Position numbers and translations under genes: made by a program
Notes under the pieces: generated by a model
The model's database searches: none
What the model was told of the DNA's origin: nothing
Seen by the model: the letters and a program-made list of their open reading frames with translations, nothing else
In this document: in pieces, positions 28,846-38,457 of the stretch
Layout: every line of letters starts with the position of its first letter
Numbering within the stretch: the first letter of the stretch is position 1
Origin: Nitrospinaceae bacterium
Lineage (GTDB): Bacteria; Nitrospinota; Nitrospinia; Nitrospinales; Nitrospinaceae
Length of the DNA: 64,000 bases
Direction of reading: 5' to 3'
Assembly: GCA_965237905.1 (NCBI GenBank)
Contig: OZ250172.1
Coordinates: 2,461,805-2,525,804, forward strand

Positions 28846-30270
28846 TTATTTTTTTGAGGTGCCTATAATATGGACCGCCGACCCTAACCTTTCCACTGTT
28901 TTTTGCTTCCCCAGCAGTAACACGACGTCAAATATACCGGGAGAGGCGGTTTTGCCGGTGAGGGCGACGCGCACGGGTTGGGCGAGTTTTCCGAGTTTCA
29001 ATCCGGCTTCCTCGACGGTCTGCTTGAACAGGGCTTCGACGGCGTCGTGGTCCAACGGTTCCTCCATGGTTTCCAATCCTGCCACCAGTTTGTCGAGCAG
29101 GGGCTTCACTTCCGGCGTTAAAAATTTCGCTTTCGCCTTCTCGTCAAACGTCACTTCATCCTTCAAATAAAACTCGGCACCGTGGGCCATCTCGATCAGC
29201 GTTTTGGCGCGTTGCTGGAGCGACGGGATGACTTTCACGAGATCGTCTTTCGATTTACCGTGCGCTTCCGGCAGGATATCTTCCTGAATCAAAGCCGCTT
29301 CGAAGGCATCGACCAGTTCTTCCGGCGTCGATTTCTGAATCCACTGCTCGTTAACCCATAACAATTTCTCCGGATTGAACACCGCGGCGGAGATGGTGAC
29401 GTGCTCCAGTGAGAAATGCTTGATCATTTCCTGCTGTGTGAACAGTTCCTGATCGCCATGCGACCAGCCGAGGCGCGCCAGAAAATTGATCAATGCGTCG
29501 GGCAGAAAACCCATGTCGCGGTAGGCGAGGGTGGCCGTCGCGCCGTGGCGTTTCGACAACCGGGTTTTGTCGGCGCCGAGGATCATGCTGAGATGCGCGA
29601 ACTGCGGGCGCGGGAAATTGAGGGCGTCGTACATCAGCGCCTGGCGCGGCGTGTTGGACAGATGGTCGTCGCCCCGGATGACGTGGCTGATACGCATATC
29701 GGCGTCGTCCACCACCACCACGAAGTTATAGGTCGGCGTGCCGTCGGTGCGCAGGATGATGAAATCGTCGAGCTCTGCCACGTCGAATTCCACGTTGCCG
29801 CGCAGGAGGTCTGCAACCACCACGTTGCCCGTCGGCGGACATTGGAAGCGCACGACGTGCGGCGCATCCGGTTGGTCCTTACGGCCGCGGCAGGTGCCGT
29901 CGTATTTCGGTTTTTCCTTTTTGGCCTGGGCGGCTTTACGTTTGGCTTCCAGATTTTCCGGCGAGCAGTAACAGCGGTAGGCTTTGCCCTCGTTCAGCAA
30001 CTGGTCGACTTTAGTTTTATAGAGACTTTGCCGCTCCATCTGGCGGAACGGCCCCTCGTCCCAGTCGAGCCCCAGCCACTGCATCGACTCGATGATTTCC
30101 TGAATGGAGTCCTCGGTGGAGCGTTCGTGGTCGGTGTCCTCGATCCGCAAAATAAACTTGCCTTTATGGTGGCGCGCGAACAGCCAGTTGAACAGGGCGG
30201 TGCGCACCCCGCCGATATGCAGGAATCCGGTAGGGCTGGGGGCGAAACGGACGCGTACTTCTTCAGTCAT
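28846..30270 (-). CDS. gltX: Glutamate--tRNA ligase
   Basis: PSPTGFLHIGGVRTALFNW (HIGH), KMSKS-region equivalents, 474 aa. Confidence 0.95.
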   Translation of the reverse strand: MTEEVRVRFAPSPTGFLHIGGVRTALFNWLFARHHKGKFILRIEDTDHERSTEDSIQEIIESMQWLGLDWDEGPFRQMERQSLYKTKVDQLLNEGKAYRCYCSPENLEAKRKAAQAKKEKPKYDGTCRGRKDQPDAPHVVRFQCPPTGNVVVADLLRGNVEFDVAELDDFIILRTDGTPTYNFVVVVDDADMRISHVIRGDDHLSNTPRQALMYDALNFPRPQFAHLSMILGADKTRLSKRHGATATLAYRDMGFLPDALINFLARLGWSHGDQELFTQQEMIKHFSLEHVTISAAVFNPEKLLWVNEQWIQKSTPEELVDAFEAALIQEDILPEAHGKSKDDLVKVIPSLQQRAKTLIEMAHGAEFYLKDEVTFDEKAKAKFLTPEVKPLLDKLVAGLETMEEPLDHDAVEALFKQTVEEAGLKLGKLAQPVRVALTGKTASPGIFDVVLLLGKQKTVERLGSAVHIIGTSKK

Positions 30271-30344
30271 TCATGCTCCTCTATAGGTGGAAACTTTTAG
30301 ACTTGATTTATTTAGATGATATCGCTGGCACCAAATCCCCCCAG

Positions 30345-30409
30345 CCCCCTTCCTGAAGGGGGAGCATATTACCTCCGGGCGTTGCCCGGTTGGGTCCAGC
30401 GTCACGCTG
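30345..30409 (+). repeat. Composite three-hairpin element (CCCCCTTCC..GAAGGGGGAG; CCGGGC-gtt-GCCCGG; GGGTCCAGCGTCACGCTGG), right copy
   Basis: Direct repeat of 28586-28648. Confidence 0.75.
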
Positions 30410-30686
30410 GCAGTCGCCTAGATTAGCAGAATCGAGGGATGAAATTAAGCGCGAAATCTTTTCCGTCCCATAGGGCTAAAGTTCCTTTGTTATCGATAGC
30501 TTGGGTAGAACCCGAGCGATTCCGCCGCGACCCGAGTTACTCTTTTAAAGTGAATGCCGGGGGGCTTGAAATTGGGTTACGCCCGATTTTGAAAATTTTT
30601 ATCTTTGAAAAATAAGGCCTTTCCTTCACAATGTTTAAATATCCGACAATTCAATCTTTTTCATCCGCCTCATGTAAGGATAAGCC

Positions 30687-31271
30687 ATGGAAACCTGGTG
30701 GGCCGAATTAACGACGACGTTAAGAGTATTCTGGGGACTCGCGATCTTTTCGACCGTGTTTTTTGTTTTGCAGACGATTATGACCTTCGCTGGTCTTTCG
30801 GATATGGATTCGGATATGGATTCGGACATGGATTCGGACAGCGATGCCGGGGGTCACGATGCGCACTCGATGATGGACTATTTTACGGTGCGGAATCTGG
30901 TGTCCTTTTTCCTGGGTTTTTCCTGGTGCGGCATCGTACTGATCGAAGGCGGCTCATCCCTGGGGGTCGCCATCGCCGGCGGAACAGTGATGGGGCTGGT
31001 GTTGGTCAGCATCACGATGCTGATCCTCAAGACTCTGTCTTCTCTGAAAAGCCAGGGGAACTTGTCGCTGGACAACGCGATCGGCCATGAGGGTCTCGTG
31101 ACTATCACCATCCCTGCCGACCAAAAACATTACGGTAAGATAGGAATCTCCTTTCAGAACCGGTACCGGGAACTGGAGGGGATTTCCAAGGAGCAACAGG
31201 AATTGGCCAAGGGGACGCGGGTGAAAGTGGTGGCTATTTCCGGTAATCAACTTGTGGTGAAATCCGTTTAG
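30687..31271 (+). CDS. NfeD-like membrane protein (short form, OB-fold C-terminus) with an acidic DMDSDMDSDMDSDSD tandem repeat
   Basis: Membrane helices plus a C-terminal beta-barrel-like region. It is cotranscribed with the flotillin gene. The repeat is encoded by 12-bp tandem repeats at 30802-30849. Confidence 0.6.
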   Translation: METWWAELTTTLRVFWGLAIFSTVFFVLQTIMTFAGLSDMDSDMDSDMDSDSDAGGHDAHSMMDYFTVRNLVSFFLGFSWCGIVLIEGGSSLGVAIAGGTVMGLVLVSITMLILKTLSSLKSQGNLSLDNAIGHEGLVTITIPADQKHYGKIGISFQNRYRELEGISKEQQELAKGTRVKVVAISGNQLVVKSV

Positions 31272-31300
31272 CGTGCGCTAAACTCCTGGAGAAATAAAAA

Positions 31301-32701
31301 ATGATTCCTAATGCAATCGTTCTGATCGTCATCGCGGCCGGGTCCATTTTCCTGACCCTGATAGCGGCCATGGCTCGTTACAAGCGTTGCCCATCGGACA
31401 AAATCATGGTGGTCTACGGTAAAGTGGGGAAAGGCAAGACCTCGCAGTGTATTCATGGCGGGGCGGCGTTCATTTGGCCGTTGATTCAGGATTACCGGTT
31501 TCTGGACTTGCAACCGATGACCATCGACATCAATCTCGAGAACGCACTTTCCAAACAGAACATTCGCGTCAGCATTCCGTCGCGCTTTACCATCGGTATA
31601 TCGACCGAGCCGGATATTATGACCGTCGCGGCGGAACGCCTGTTGAGCATGGAGCGCAGGGAAATTGAAATCAACGCCAATGAAATTATCTTCGGTCAGT
31701 TGCGCGCCACTATCGCCACCATGGTGATTGAAGAGATCAACGCGAATCGCGACGTGTTCGAACAGAAGATCATGGACAATGTCGAAGGCGAATTGAAAAA
31801 GATCGGGTTAAAACTCATCAACGTCAATATCAAGGATATCACCGACGAGTCCGGCTACATCGTGGCCTTGGGTAGAAAAGCCGCCGCTGAAGCGCTGAAT
31901 AAAGCCAAAGTCGAAGTGGCGGAACAAGACCGGACCGGCGCCACCGGGGAAGCCAACGCGAAGCAGGAAGAGCGCGTCAATGTTGCCAGCGCCGACGCCA
32001 AGGCGGTCGATGGTGAAAATACCGCGCTTATCACTGTGGCCAACTCCGATGCCAACCGGCGAGAGGCGGAAGCCGAAGCACGGCGCAAAGGGGATGCGGC
32101 TACGTTGATCAAAAAAGCGGCCGCCGACCAGGCAGGATATGACGCCAATAAAATGGCTGAGGACGCCCGTGCGAATATGAACCGCTCCACCCAGACGGCG
32201 GATATCGTCGTTCCCGCTCAAATCGAAAAGGAAAAAGTGGTGATCGATGCGGAAGCCGAACGAGAGCAGACCGTACTGGCAGGTAGGGGTAGAGGTGAGG
32301 CCATCCAGGTCACTCTGGAAGGGGAGGCTAACGGGATCAAGGCCATTCTGGAGCGAAAGGCTGAAGGATTTGAACGCATCGTTAGCGCCGCCGGGGGTGA
32401 CCCGGATAAGGCCGCGGTGTTGATGATTGTCGAACAATTACCGAAGATCGCCGAATTGCAGGCCCAGGCCATCTCCAAGATCCGTTTTGATAAGATCGTG
32501 GTCATGGATGGCGGAGGCAGTGGCAATGGCGGCGGAACCACCACTACCAACTGGCTGTCCAATATCACCAAGGCATTGCCAGGACTGCACGAATTTGCCA
32601 ACATGGCTGGGATCAAACTGCCTGGGGCGTTGGGAGAACAGCTTAAAGACCCGGTCAGTCCTCCAAAACCTCCAGAAGGCGGCAAGCCGGGCGAAGCCTA
32701 A
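31301..32701 (+). CDS. Flotillin-like SPFH/band-7 protein (YqiK/FloA-like)
   Basis: N-terminal TM, an SPFH domain, then a long Ala/Glu-rich coiled-coil. Confidence 0.8.
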   Translation: MIPNAIVLIVIAAGSIFLTLIAAMARYKRCPSDKIMVVYGKVGKGKTSQCIHGGAAFIWPLIQDYRFLDLQPMTIDINLENALSKQNIRVSIPSRFTIGISTEPDIMTVAAERLLSMERREIEINANEIIFGQLRATIATMVIEEINANRDVFEQKIMDNVEGELKKIGLKLINVNIKDITDESGYIVALGRKAAAEALNKAKVEVAEQDRTGATGEANAKQEERVNVASADAKAVDGENTALITVANSDANRREAEAEARRKGDAATLIKKAAADQAGYDANKMAEDARANMNRSTQTADIVVPAQIEKEKVVIDAEAEREQTVLAGRGRGEAIQVTLEGEANGIKAILERKAEGFERIVSAAGGDPDKAAVLMIVEQLPKIAELQAQAISKIRFDKIVVMDGGGSGNGGGTTTTNWLSNITKALPGLHEFANMAGIKLPGALGEQLKDPVSPPKPPEGGKPGEA

Positions 32702-33025
32702 TAGTTTTCGTACAGACGGCACAGTAAAAATCGATTTTTCTGTTTCTAATGAAGCGGAGAAATCGATTTTTTTTACCCCATCGAGGGAGGCGGACTGTCC
32801 CGATGACCTGTTTCCTGACAAAAATTCGTTGGAAATGACAAAAAATGGTATGGGGGCGCCGGAATCCTGCCAGCCAAGGAGAGTTTATTTTTTCCTATCA
32901 TATTGAATACTTAAGACTAAGTTGAATGTGCTTTTTTGGGTATTGATGGCATCAGTCTTGCTTGTTACTATAACAGTAAAGGTGTAGGTAGTGTCCTGAT
33001 GAACCTTTAATATGAAGAGTTCGAA

Positions 33026-33226
33026 ATGAAAAAGATGATCCCGACTGGCGGACCCGAAAAGAAAGCGCGCAACCAAATCAAAAACAATAAAAAGAGTGCT
33101 CGTATTGGGTTTTTGGAATCGATGGGGGACAGTGGTTACGATAACCGGACCGATCCGAATTATTGTTTTGATGTTTTACGGAAGTTTATGAAAAAAGAAG
33201 AGCCAGATGATGAGACGCTCGGCTAA
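33026..33226 (+). CDS. Small basic hypothetical protein (66 aa) in an AT-rich tract
   Basis: Complete ORF followed by a strong hairpin terminator. Confidence 0.35.
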   Translation: MKKMIPTGGPEKKARNQIKNNKKSARIGFLESMGDSGYDNRTDPNYCFDVLRKFMKKEEPDDETLG

Positions 33227-33284
33227 GCCGGGGATTTCTTAAAATAGACAGCAGGCCTTCAAGGATTGTTTAGGGAAGGGGTAA

Positions 33285-33330
33285 AAAGTGAAACAGCCGA
33301 CTCAGGGGAGCCGGCTGTTTCTTTTTGGGG
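33285..33330. terminator. Bidirectional rho-independent terminator: stem AACAGCCG / CGGCTGTT, T-runs on both strands
   Basis: aaacagccgactcaggggagccggctgtttctttttgggg. Confidence 0.7.
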
Positions 33331-33390
33331 TTCGGAGCTGCATCAAACGACAACACCCGATGGAATAACGCCGGTAGCGCTATTTCCGAC

Positions 33391-33831
33391 TTAGTTACAA
33401 GCAACCGTTACTGGATTGGTGCCGGTATTGGTGACCGTTACTTTACCGCTGATGTCGCCGATGGAATCGCCGCGGCTGAAGTTGTTCTGGCCGGTCAGAG
33501 TCACTTTGTTCCGACCCATGGTGCCCATAACGCCGATACCGGTTTTACCTTTGTCCGTCGCGTTGATAGAACGATTGTCATCGTTCGGTCCCAGGCTGAT
33601 GGGAACGGTGGTGGCGTTGGAAGATTTCCAAACCACAACGTTTCCGGTACCCCGGTCATTGGTGGTGTAACCGAATTTTCCACCAGCTTTATTGGCGATT
33701 TTAGCAACTGCGATGGTGATGGATTTAGCATCGTTGCAGGTAGCCGTTTGGCCGGTCTTGATGCTGCCGGCAAATGCGGTGGCCGTGAAACCTGCGAACA
33801 GAACAACAGTTAACAAAGTTACTTTTTTCAT
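33391..33831 (-). CDS. Secreted Thr/Gly/Asn-rich beta-type protein with N- and C-terminal Cys (146 aa)
   Basis: Signal peptide and low-complexity beta-rich composition. Confidence 0.6.
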   Translation of the reverse strand: MKKVTLLTVVLFAGFTATAFAGSIKTGQTATCNDAKSITIAVAKIANKAGGKFGYTTNDRGTGNVVVWKSSNATTVPISLGPNDDNRSINATDKGKTGIGVMGTMGRNKVTLTGQNNFSRGDSIGDISGKVTVTNTGTNPVTVACN

Positions 33832-33916
33832 TCCCCACTCCTTTCAAAGTAAGTGAACACACTGGTTTTCAATAACTCAGATAAAACTCTTGCTCCCCAC
33901 GCGCGCTGGATGAAGG

Positions 33917-34369
33917 TTACGCGGTTTGGAGCGGAACTACGTTAATCTGCAAACAAATCGGATTTGCTGGACCCGTTTTTGGTTTCAACAAATAGCAAAT
34001 TGAGTAAGGACCTTTTTTAGAAAACTGCAGGCCAAAAGATTGACTGGGCGCAAAAGATTCTATGCTCACTAGTCTTTTATCCGAATGATCCTTAATGATT
34101 GATGTTTCATATAGCTCCTGTGGGTAATTATTGAGAAAGGTTACCGAAGACCCCACAGGGATGCGAATATTCTGCTCTTGATCGGTGGCTTCCAGGGCAA
34201 TCGTGCGAACCAGCGATTCTCCAAAAAGAGTAGCGGGGAGACACAGGCATACCATCAACACCGCGAGACCGATTGCTTTCAAAGAGCGGACCGAAATCCT
34301 ATTAGAATAATTTTTGCTCATAAAGAGATAACCGAATAACCGCAATTCGACAGTTGTGCATTGTTGCAA
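33917..34369 (-). CDS. Membrane-anchored hypothetical protein (probable start at 34321)
   Basis: Signal-anchor TM, no recognised domain. Confidence 0.5.
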   Translation of the reverse strand: MQQCTTVELRLFGYLFMSKNYSNRISVRSLKAIGLAVLMVCLCLPATLFGESLVRTIALEATDQEQNIRIPVGSSVTFLNNYPQELYETSIIKDHSDKRLVSIESFAPSQSFGLQFSKKGPYSICYLLKPKTGPANPICLQINVVPLQTA

Positions 34370-34528
34370 GACCCTCTGGAATTGGCGAAGTTAGTACGGT
34401 CTTTGGAGGGGAGTTTAGATGATCCGGTCCACCGGGGGTATCAGGCGAAGTCTTAATTTTGTGTAGGAAAAACACCTAATTAGAGTAGGAGTTTTCTCCT
34501 GGGCCGATGCTTCAGGAAAGAGCCGATC

Positions 34529-35254
34529 TCAGATCAACTCATGCTGGATGGCATAATGAATCAATTCCGCATTTTTTTTCATTTTCATTTTTTCCAGAAT
34601 GCGGGTCCGGTGGGTGCTGATGGTTTTGACACTCAATGACAGATCATTCCCGATCTCGGTGAGGGATTTACCCGTGGAGATCATGGAAAAAACCTGGTAT
34701 TCACGATCGGACAAAAGCTCGTGCGGGGGTTTGTCGATATTCAGAAAATCAAAGGCCAATTTCTCGGTGATATCGGTGCTGGCGTAATTTCCGCCCTGTG
34801 CCACTTTACGCACCGCTTCGAGAAGGGTGTCGATGGAACTGTCTTTGGTCAGGTAGCCGGAAGCGCCTGCTTTGATGAAACGGACGGCATACTGGTTTTC
34901 CGGATAAACGCTGAGGATCAAAACCGGGATTTTAGGATGCTCGGCTTTCAATTGTTTGAGAACCTCCAACCCGCCTTTTCCCGGCATGGAGATATCCAGC
35001 AGTACCAGGCTTAAATCGTGTTCCCGGACTTTTCCCAGAACATCGTTACCGCTCTCCGCTTCACCCACCACTTCAATGTCCGGGGTATCGCCAAAGGCGT
35101 TCTTCAATCCCTGCCGGAACAAGGGATGGTCGTCTGCAATGAGGATTTTAATTTTGGATTTATATTCAGTTATCACGTTCAACTCCTGCTGATTTGGACC
35201 ACAACGGTCGTTCCTTTTTGAGATTCGCTTTGAAAGTCCACTTGTCCTCCCCAA
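34529..35254 (-). CDS. Response regulator, NarL/FixJ family (REC plus LuxR-type HTH)
   Basis: KILIADDHPLFRQGL..., the D-box and a C-terminal LuxR HTH. The true start is probably downstream of the listed one. Confidence 0.9.
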   Translation of the reverse strand: MGRTSGLSKRISKRNDRCGPNQQELNVITEYKSKIKILIADDHPLFRQGLKNAFGDTPDIEVVGEAESGNDVLGKVREHDLSLVLLDISMPGKGGLEVLKQLKAEHPKIPVLILSVYPENQYAVRFIKAGASGYLTKDSSIDTLLEAVRKVAQGGNYASTDITEKLAFDFLNIDKPPHELLSDREYQVFSMISTGKSLTEIGNDLSLSVKTISTHRTRILEKMKMKKNAELIHYAIQHELI

Positions 35255-36783
35255 ACCCGGGCGCGCTCCCGCATACCCAGAATCCCCAGCGATTTTCCAT
35301 TAAGATGTTTTGAATCAATACCGATACCATCATCCTCGACTCGGAGAGTGAGCCTGTTCGATTCATCCTCCAGGTTGACTTTGACATGACGGGCTTGAGC
35401 ATGGCGGGCCACGTTGTTCAGAGTTTCCTGAAAAATGCGGAACATCGTGGTGGATCGCGCACGGTCGATTTCGGGATTCATAAGGTTCAGATCCAAATCG
35501 CATTGAATCCCGGTGCGCCGTTCAAATTCCTTGCCCTGCCAGGAGATGGTTTCTTCGAGACCCAGGTCGTCTAAAATGGGTGGCCGCAGGTCTTGAATGA
35601 GTTGTTTCACGGTGGGAATGGTTTGGTCGACCAGTCCCAGAATTGTTTCCGCATTTTTTTGAAGGGCGGGAGCCTGGCCGCGTAGTTTTTTCTGCAACAA
35701 TGAGATTTCCAGTTTCAACGCGGTCAGAACCTGCGCCAGCTCATCGTGAATTTCGCGGGCGATGCGTGTGCGCTCTTCTTCCCGGACCATTTCGAGCCGG
35801 TGATACAGGTTGAGCAGTTGTTGCCGGGAAAGGCGGTCTTCCTGTTCGGCCCGCTGGCGCTCGATGACTCGTCCCAACTGCGCCCCGATATGCGCCATGA
35901 TTTCCAGCAATTCGTCTTTGGGCTCCGCCGCTTCCTCGGAAAAAAATTCCATAATACCCACCACTTCTTCCCGGATCAGAATGGGAAATGCGAAACCCGC
36001 CTTGACTCCCAGGTTGTGGGACAACTTGGCGCGTGGAAAATTCGGGTCCTGTGTTACATCGATGATCCATGCAGGTTTACCGCTCACCAGCACCCGTCCG
36101 GGAAGTCCGATGCCCGGATCGAACGCCGTCGCTTCGGAAATCGCCCGAAACGTTTCAAACTGGCTCAGGTTGTCCAGATGCCAAATGGTTGATGATACCA
36201 ACGGAGATTCGGCACTCTTGTCCACCAGATACAAATGCCCCACCGGCCATCCGGCATGGTTGCAGATTCGCCGGAGGCAATATTGAAAAGTTTCGGTCAC
36301 GTTGCGGGTTTCATTGGAAGCCACCGCGATGTCCTTATGCAATTGGACAAAAGCGCTTTCCTGTTGCAACAGGCGGTTGGCTTCATTCAATTGCAGGGTT
36401 CGATCCATAACACGTTCTTCAAGATGAAGATGGGTGGCGGCGAGTTCTTTTTGAGAACGGTTTTGAAACAGGCAGAGAAAATAAGTCATCCAGAGGGTGA
36501 AAATGGATAAAAAGCGATTGAGCAAGACTTTCCAAATCTCACCGCCGGAAGGAGACAAAAAGAACCCTGCGATAATGAGAAGGGTTCCCAGAACGGCTCC
36601 TCCCAGGAGCAACCGCCGGTTTCCGGCAAGCAGGCCGACCAGCACCAGGGCGACATAGAGCATGCCATCGGCCACCCCGGTGGGAATAAAGATATCCGCC
36701 AGAAAAATAAAAATGGCCAATAGAACCCAAATGGCCGTCAGCAATAGTTGAGCGTTTTTGAATTTGTGTTTCAGCGTGGACAC
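35179..36783 (-). CDS. Sensor histidine kinase (membrane N-terminus, GAF domain, HisKA_3, HATPase_c)
   Basis: H-box EIHDELAQVLTAL and N/G-boxes. It is coupled to the downstream regulator by overlap. Confidence 0.85.
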   Translation of the reverse strand: MSTLKHKFKNAQLLLTAIWVLLAIFIFLADIFIPTGVADGMLYVALVLVGLLAGNRRLLLGGAVLGTLLIIAGFFLSPSGGEIWKVLLNRFLSIFTLWMTYFLCLFQNRSQKELAATHLHLEERVMDRTLQLNEANRLLQQESAFVQLHKDIAVASNETRNVTETFQYCLRRICNHAGWPVGHLYLVDKSAESPLVSSTIWHLDNLSQFETFRAISEATAFDPGIGLPGRVLVSGKPAWIIDVTQDPNFPRAKLSHNLGVKAGFAFPILIREEVVGIMEFFSEEAAEPKDELLEIMAHIGAQLGRVIERQRAEQEDRLSRQQLLNLYHRLEMVREEERTRIAREIHDELAQVLTALKLEISLLQKKLRGQAPALQKNAETILGLVDQTIPTVKQLIQDLRPPILDDLGLEETISWQGKEFERRTGIQCDLDLNLMNPEIDRARSTTMFRIFQETLNNVARHAQARHVKVNLEDESNRLTLRVEDDGIGIDSKHLNGKSLGILGMRERARVWGGQVDFQSESQKGTTVVVQISRS

Positions 36784-37013
36784 CTGCCTTACAACGTGAA
36801 AAATGGTAAGCAGGCATTATACCTATTGCAATGGGTGAGTTCCAGTAGGAAAGTTAAAGTCCAGTATGAAAAGGCTTTGGGGAGATTTTGAGCCTGAAGC
36901 AAGGACCTGGGGTCCTATCCATTATCGGAAAAAGGGAAGTTCCGGTTGGCCGGAAAATGATATAATTTTGCCATAAACTTTTGACCCTTCCTTAATCCAA
37001 GGAGAAATGTGCC

Positions 37014-37565
37014 ATGAAATATAAATATATTGCAGTCGTTGGCCTGATCCTGTTTCTGGCTGGAACGCTTCAGGCTTCTGAACAACGCGGAGCGCTGGTT
37101 TTAAATAAAATCCCGATTTATGAATTTGAGGACGCGAGGAAACTGGGATGTACGGCTTTGTACGATATCAAGTATGGCCGGGATGTCGCCGATATGCGCC
37201 GCGATTCTCTTAATAATCGTAACGCTTTCTGTCAGGGCCGTTATGAAATGACGGTGAGAGGAGAAAAGGGGAGGACTGTAACCCTTTATGCTCAATTTAA
37301 CTTTGGCCAAGAGAACGGTTTTCTGGTGGTACGCAAAACGGACGACAGGTTGGTTTGGATTCTTGATCTGGAAGATATGCCCCCGGGTCAATGGACGACC
37401 GTCCTGGCAAGCCGTCAATCGGGAGGGTACGAAGCGTTTTACCACAGTGGGTCCGGGTTTGACCAAAACCTTTCATCCGTAAAGTGGGGCCAGTGGTGGC
37501 AAGGGGATATTCCTCGAAAAGCAGGATACCAAGCGCCTGGCGATGAAAAATCTCTGAACCGTTAG
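37014..37565 (+). CDS. Secreted hypothetical protein (183 aa)
   Basis: Signal peptide only. Confidence 0.6.
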   Translation: MKYKYIAVVGLILFLAGTLQASEQRGALVLNKIPIYEFEDARKLGCTALYDIKYGRDVADMRRDSLNNRNAFCQGRYEMTVRGEKGRTVTLYAQFNFGQENGFLVVRKTDDRLVWILDLEDMPPGQWTTVLASRQSGGYEAFYHSGSGFDQNLSSVKWGQWWQGDIPRKAGYQAPGDEKSLNR

Positions 37566-37569
37566 ATTT

Positions 37570-38457
37570 TTGAAAGCTTCAGAGAAACGGGAATGTCTCG
37601 TGGAAATCACCGAAGTTCAGTGCAAATCCATCCTCACTCGCGCCAGCGGGTATTTGCGAGAGGTGTGTTCGCATTCCATCAACCCCTACGTCGGTTGCGG
37701 GTTCGGGCGATCGGCCTGCGGGGTCGGCTGTTACGTCCGGCACAATGCCTGGCTGACGAAAGGGCGGGACTGGGGAAGTTTCGTGGAAGTGAAAACGAAT
37801 GCCCCGGAAGTGTATGTGCACACGTATAGAACGGAGCAACGCTGGGCGCATCGACGGGATCAACCATTTTCTATATTTTTCTCCAGCGCCACCGAACCCT
37901 GGCAACCGGTGGAAAAGCAGTATCGCATCACCCGTCAACTGCTGGAAGCGATGCGGACGCATCCGCCGGATGAATTAATTCTGCAAACCCATGCCCCCGC
38001 TATGCGCGACGATTTGGATTTGGTTGCCGCGTTATCCCAACAATGCCGACTGCGCGTGCATGTGTCCATTGAAGGCGACGTGGAACGCCTTCCCGGACTG
38101 CCGCCTCCGCCTGCATCTGTTGCGGGGAGGATCGAGTTACTGCGCCAATTGAGTGCCGCCGGAATTTTCGCGGTGGCCTGTCTGTCGCCCCTCTATCCCA
38201 TGGAACATCCCGCCGCTTTTTTCGAGCAACTCGCTGAGGCAGGAGCCTCGGCGGTGGTTATCGATCACTTCATTGAAGGCGACGGCACCCCGGAAGGGTC
38301 CCGCACCTGGGAAACCCCTCTGCCCCGCCATATGGAAGCGGTCGATTCTGAATCAACACGCCTCGAGTACCGCGACCGCATTGCCGCTATTGCACGCAGT
38401 TATCTGCCGGTCGGTATTTCGGCATCCGGTTTTGCCGGCCATTATTCCAGGCAGTGA
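37570..38457 (+). CDS. Radical-SAM-like / SplB (COG1533 DNA repair photolyase)-like protein (tentative)
   Basis: Cys cluster YVGCGFGRSACGVGCY near the N-terminus and an overall TIM-barrel-like length. Family call from memory. Confidence 0.4.
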   Translation: MKASEKRECLVEITEVQCKSILTRASGYLREVCSHSINPYVGCGFGRSACGVGCYVRHNAWLTKGRDWGSFVEVKTNAPEVYVHTYRTEQRWAHRRDQPFSIFFSSATEPWQPVEKQYRITRQLLEAMRTHPPDELILQTHAPAMRDDLDLVAALSQQCRLRVHVSIEGDVERLPGLPPPPASVAGRIELLRQLSAAGIFAVACLSPLYPMEHPAAFFEQLAEAGASAVVIDHFIEGDGTPEGSRTWETPLPRHMEAVDSESTRLEYRDRIAAIARSYLPVGISASGFAGHYSRQ

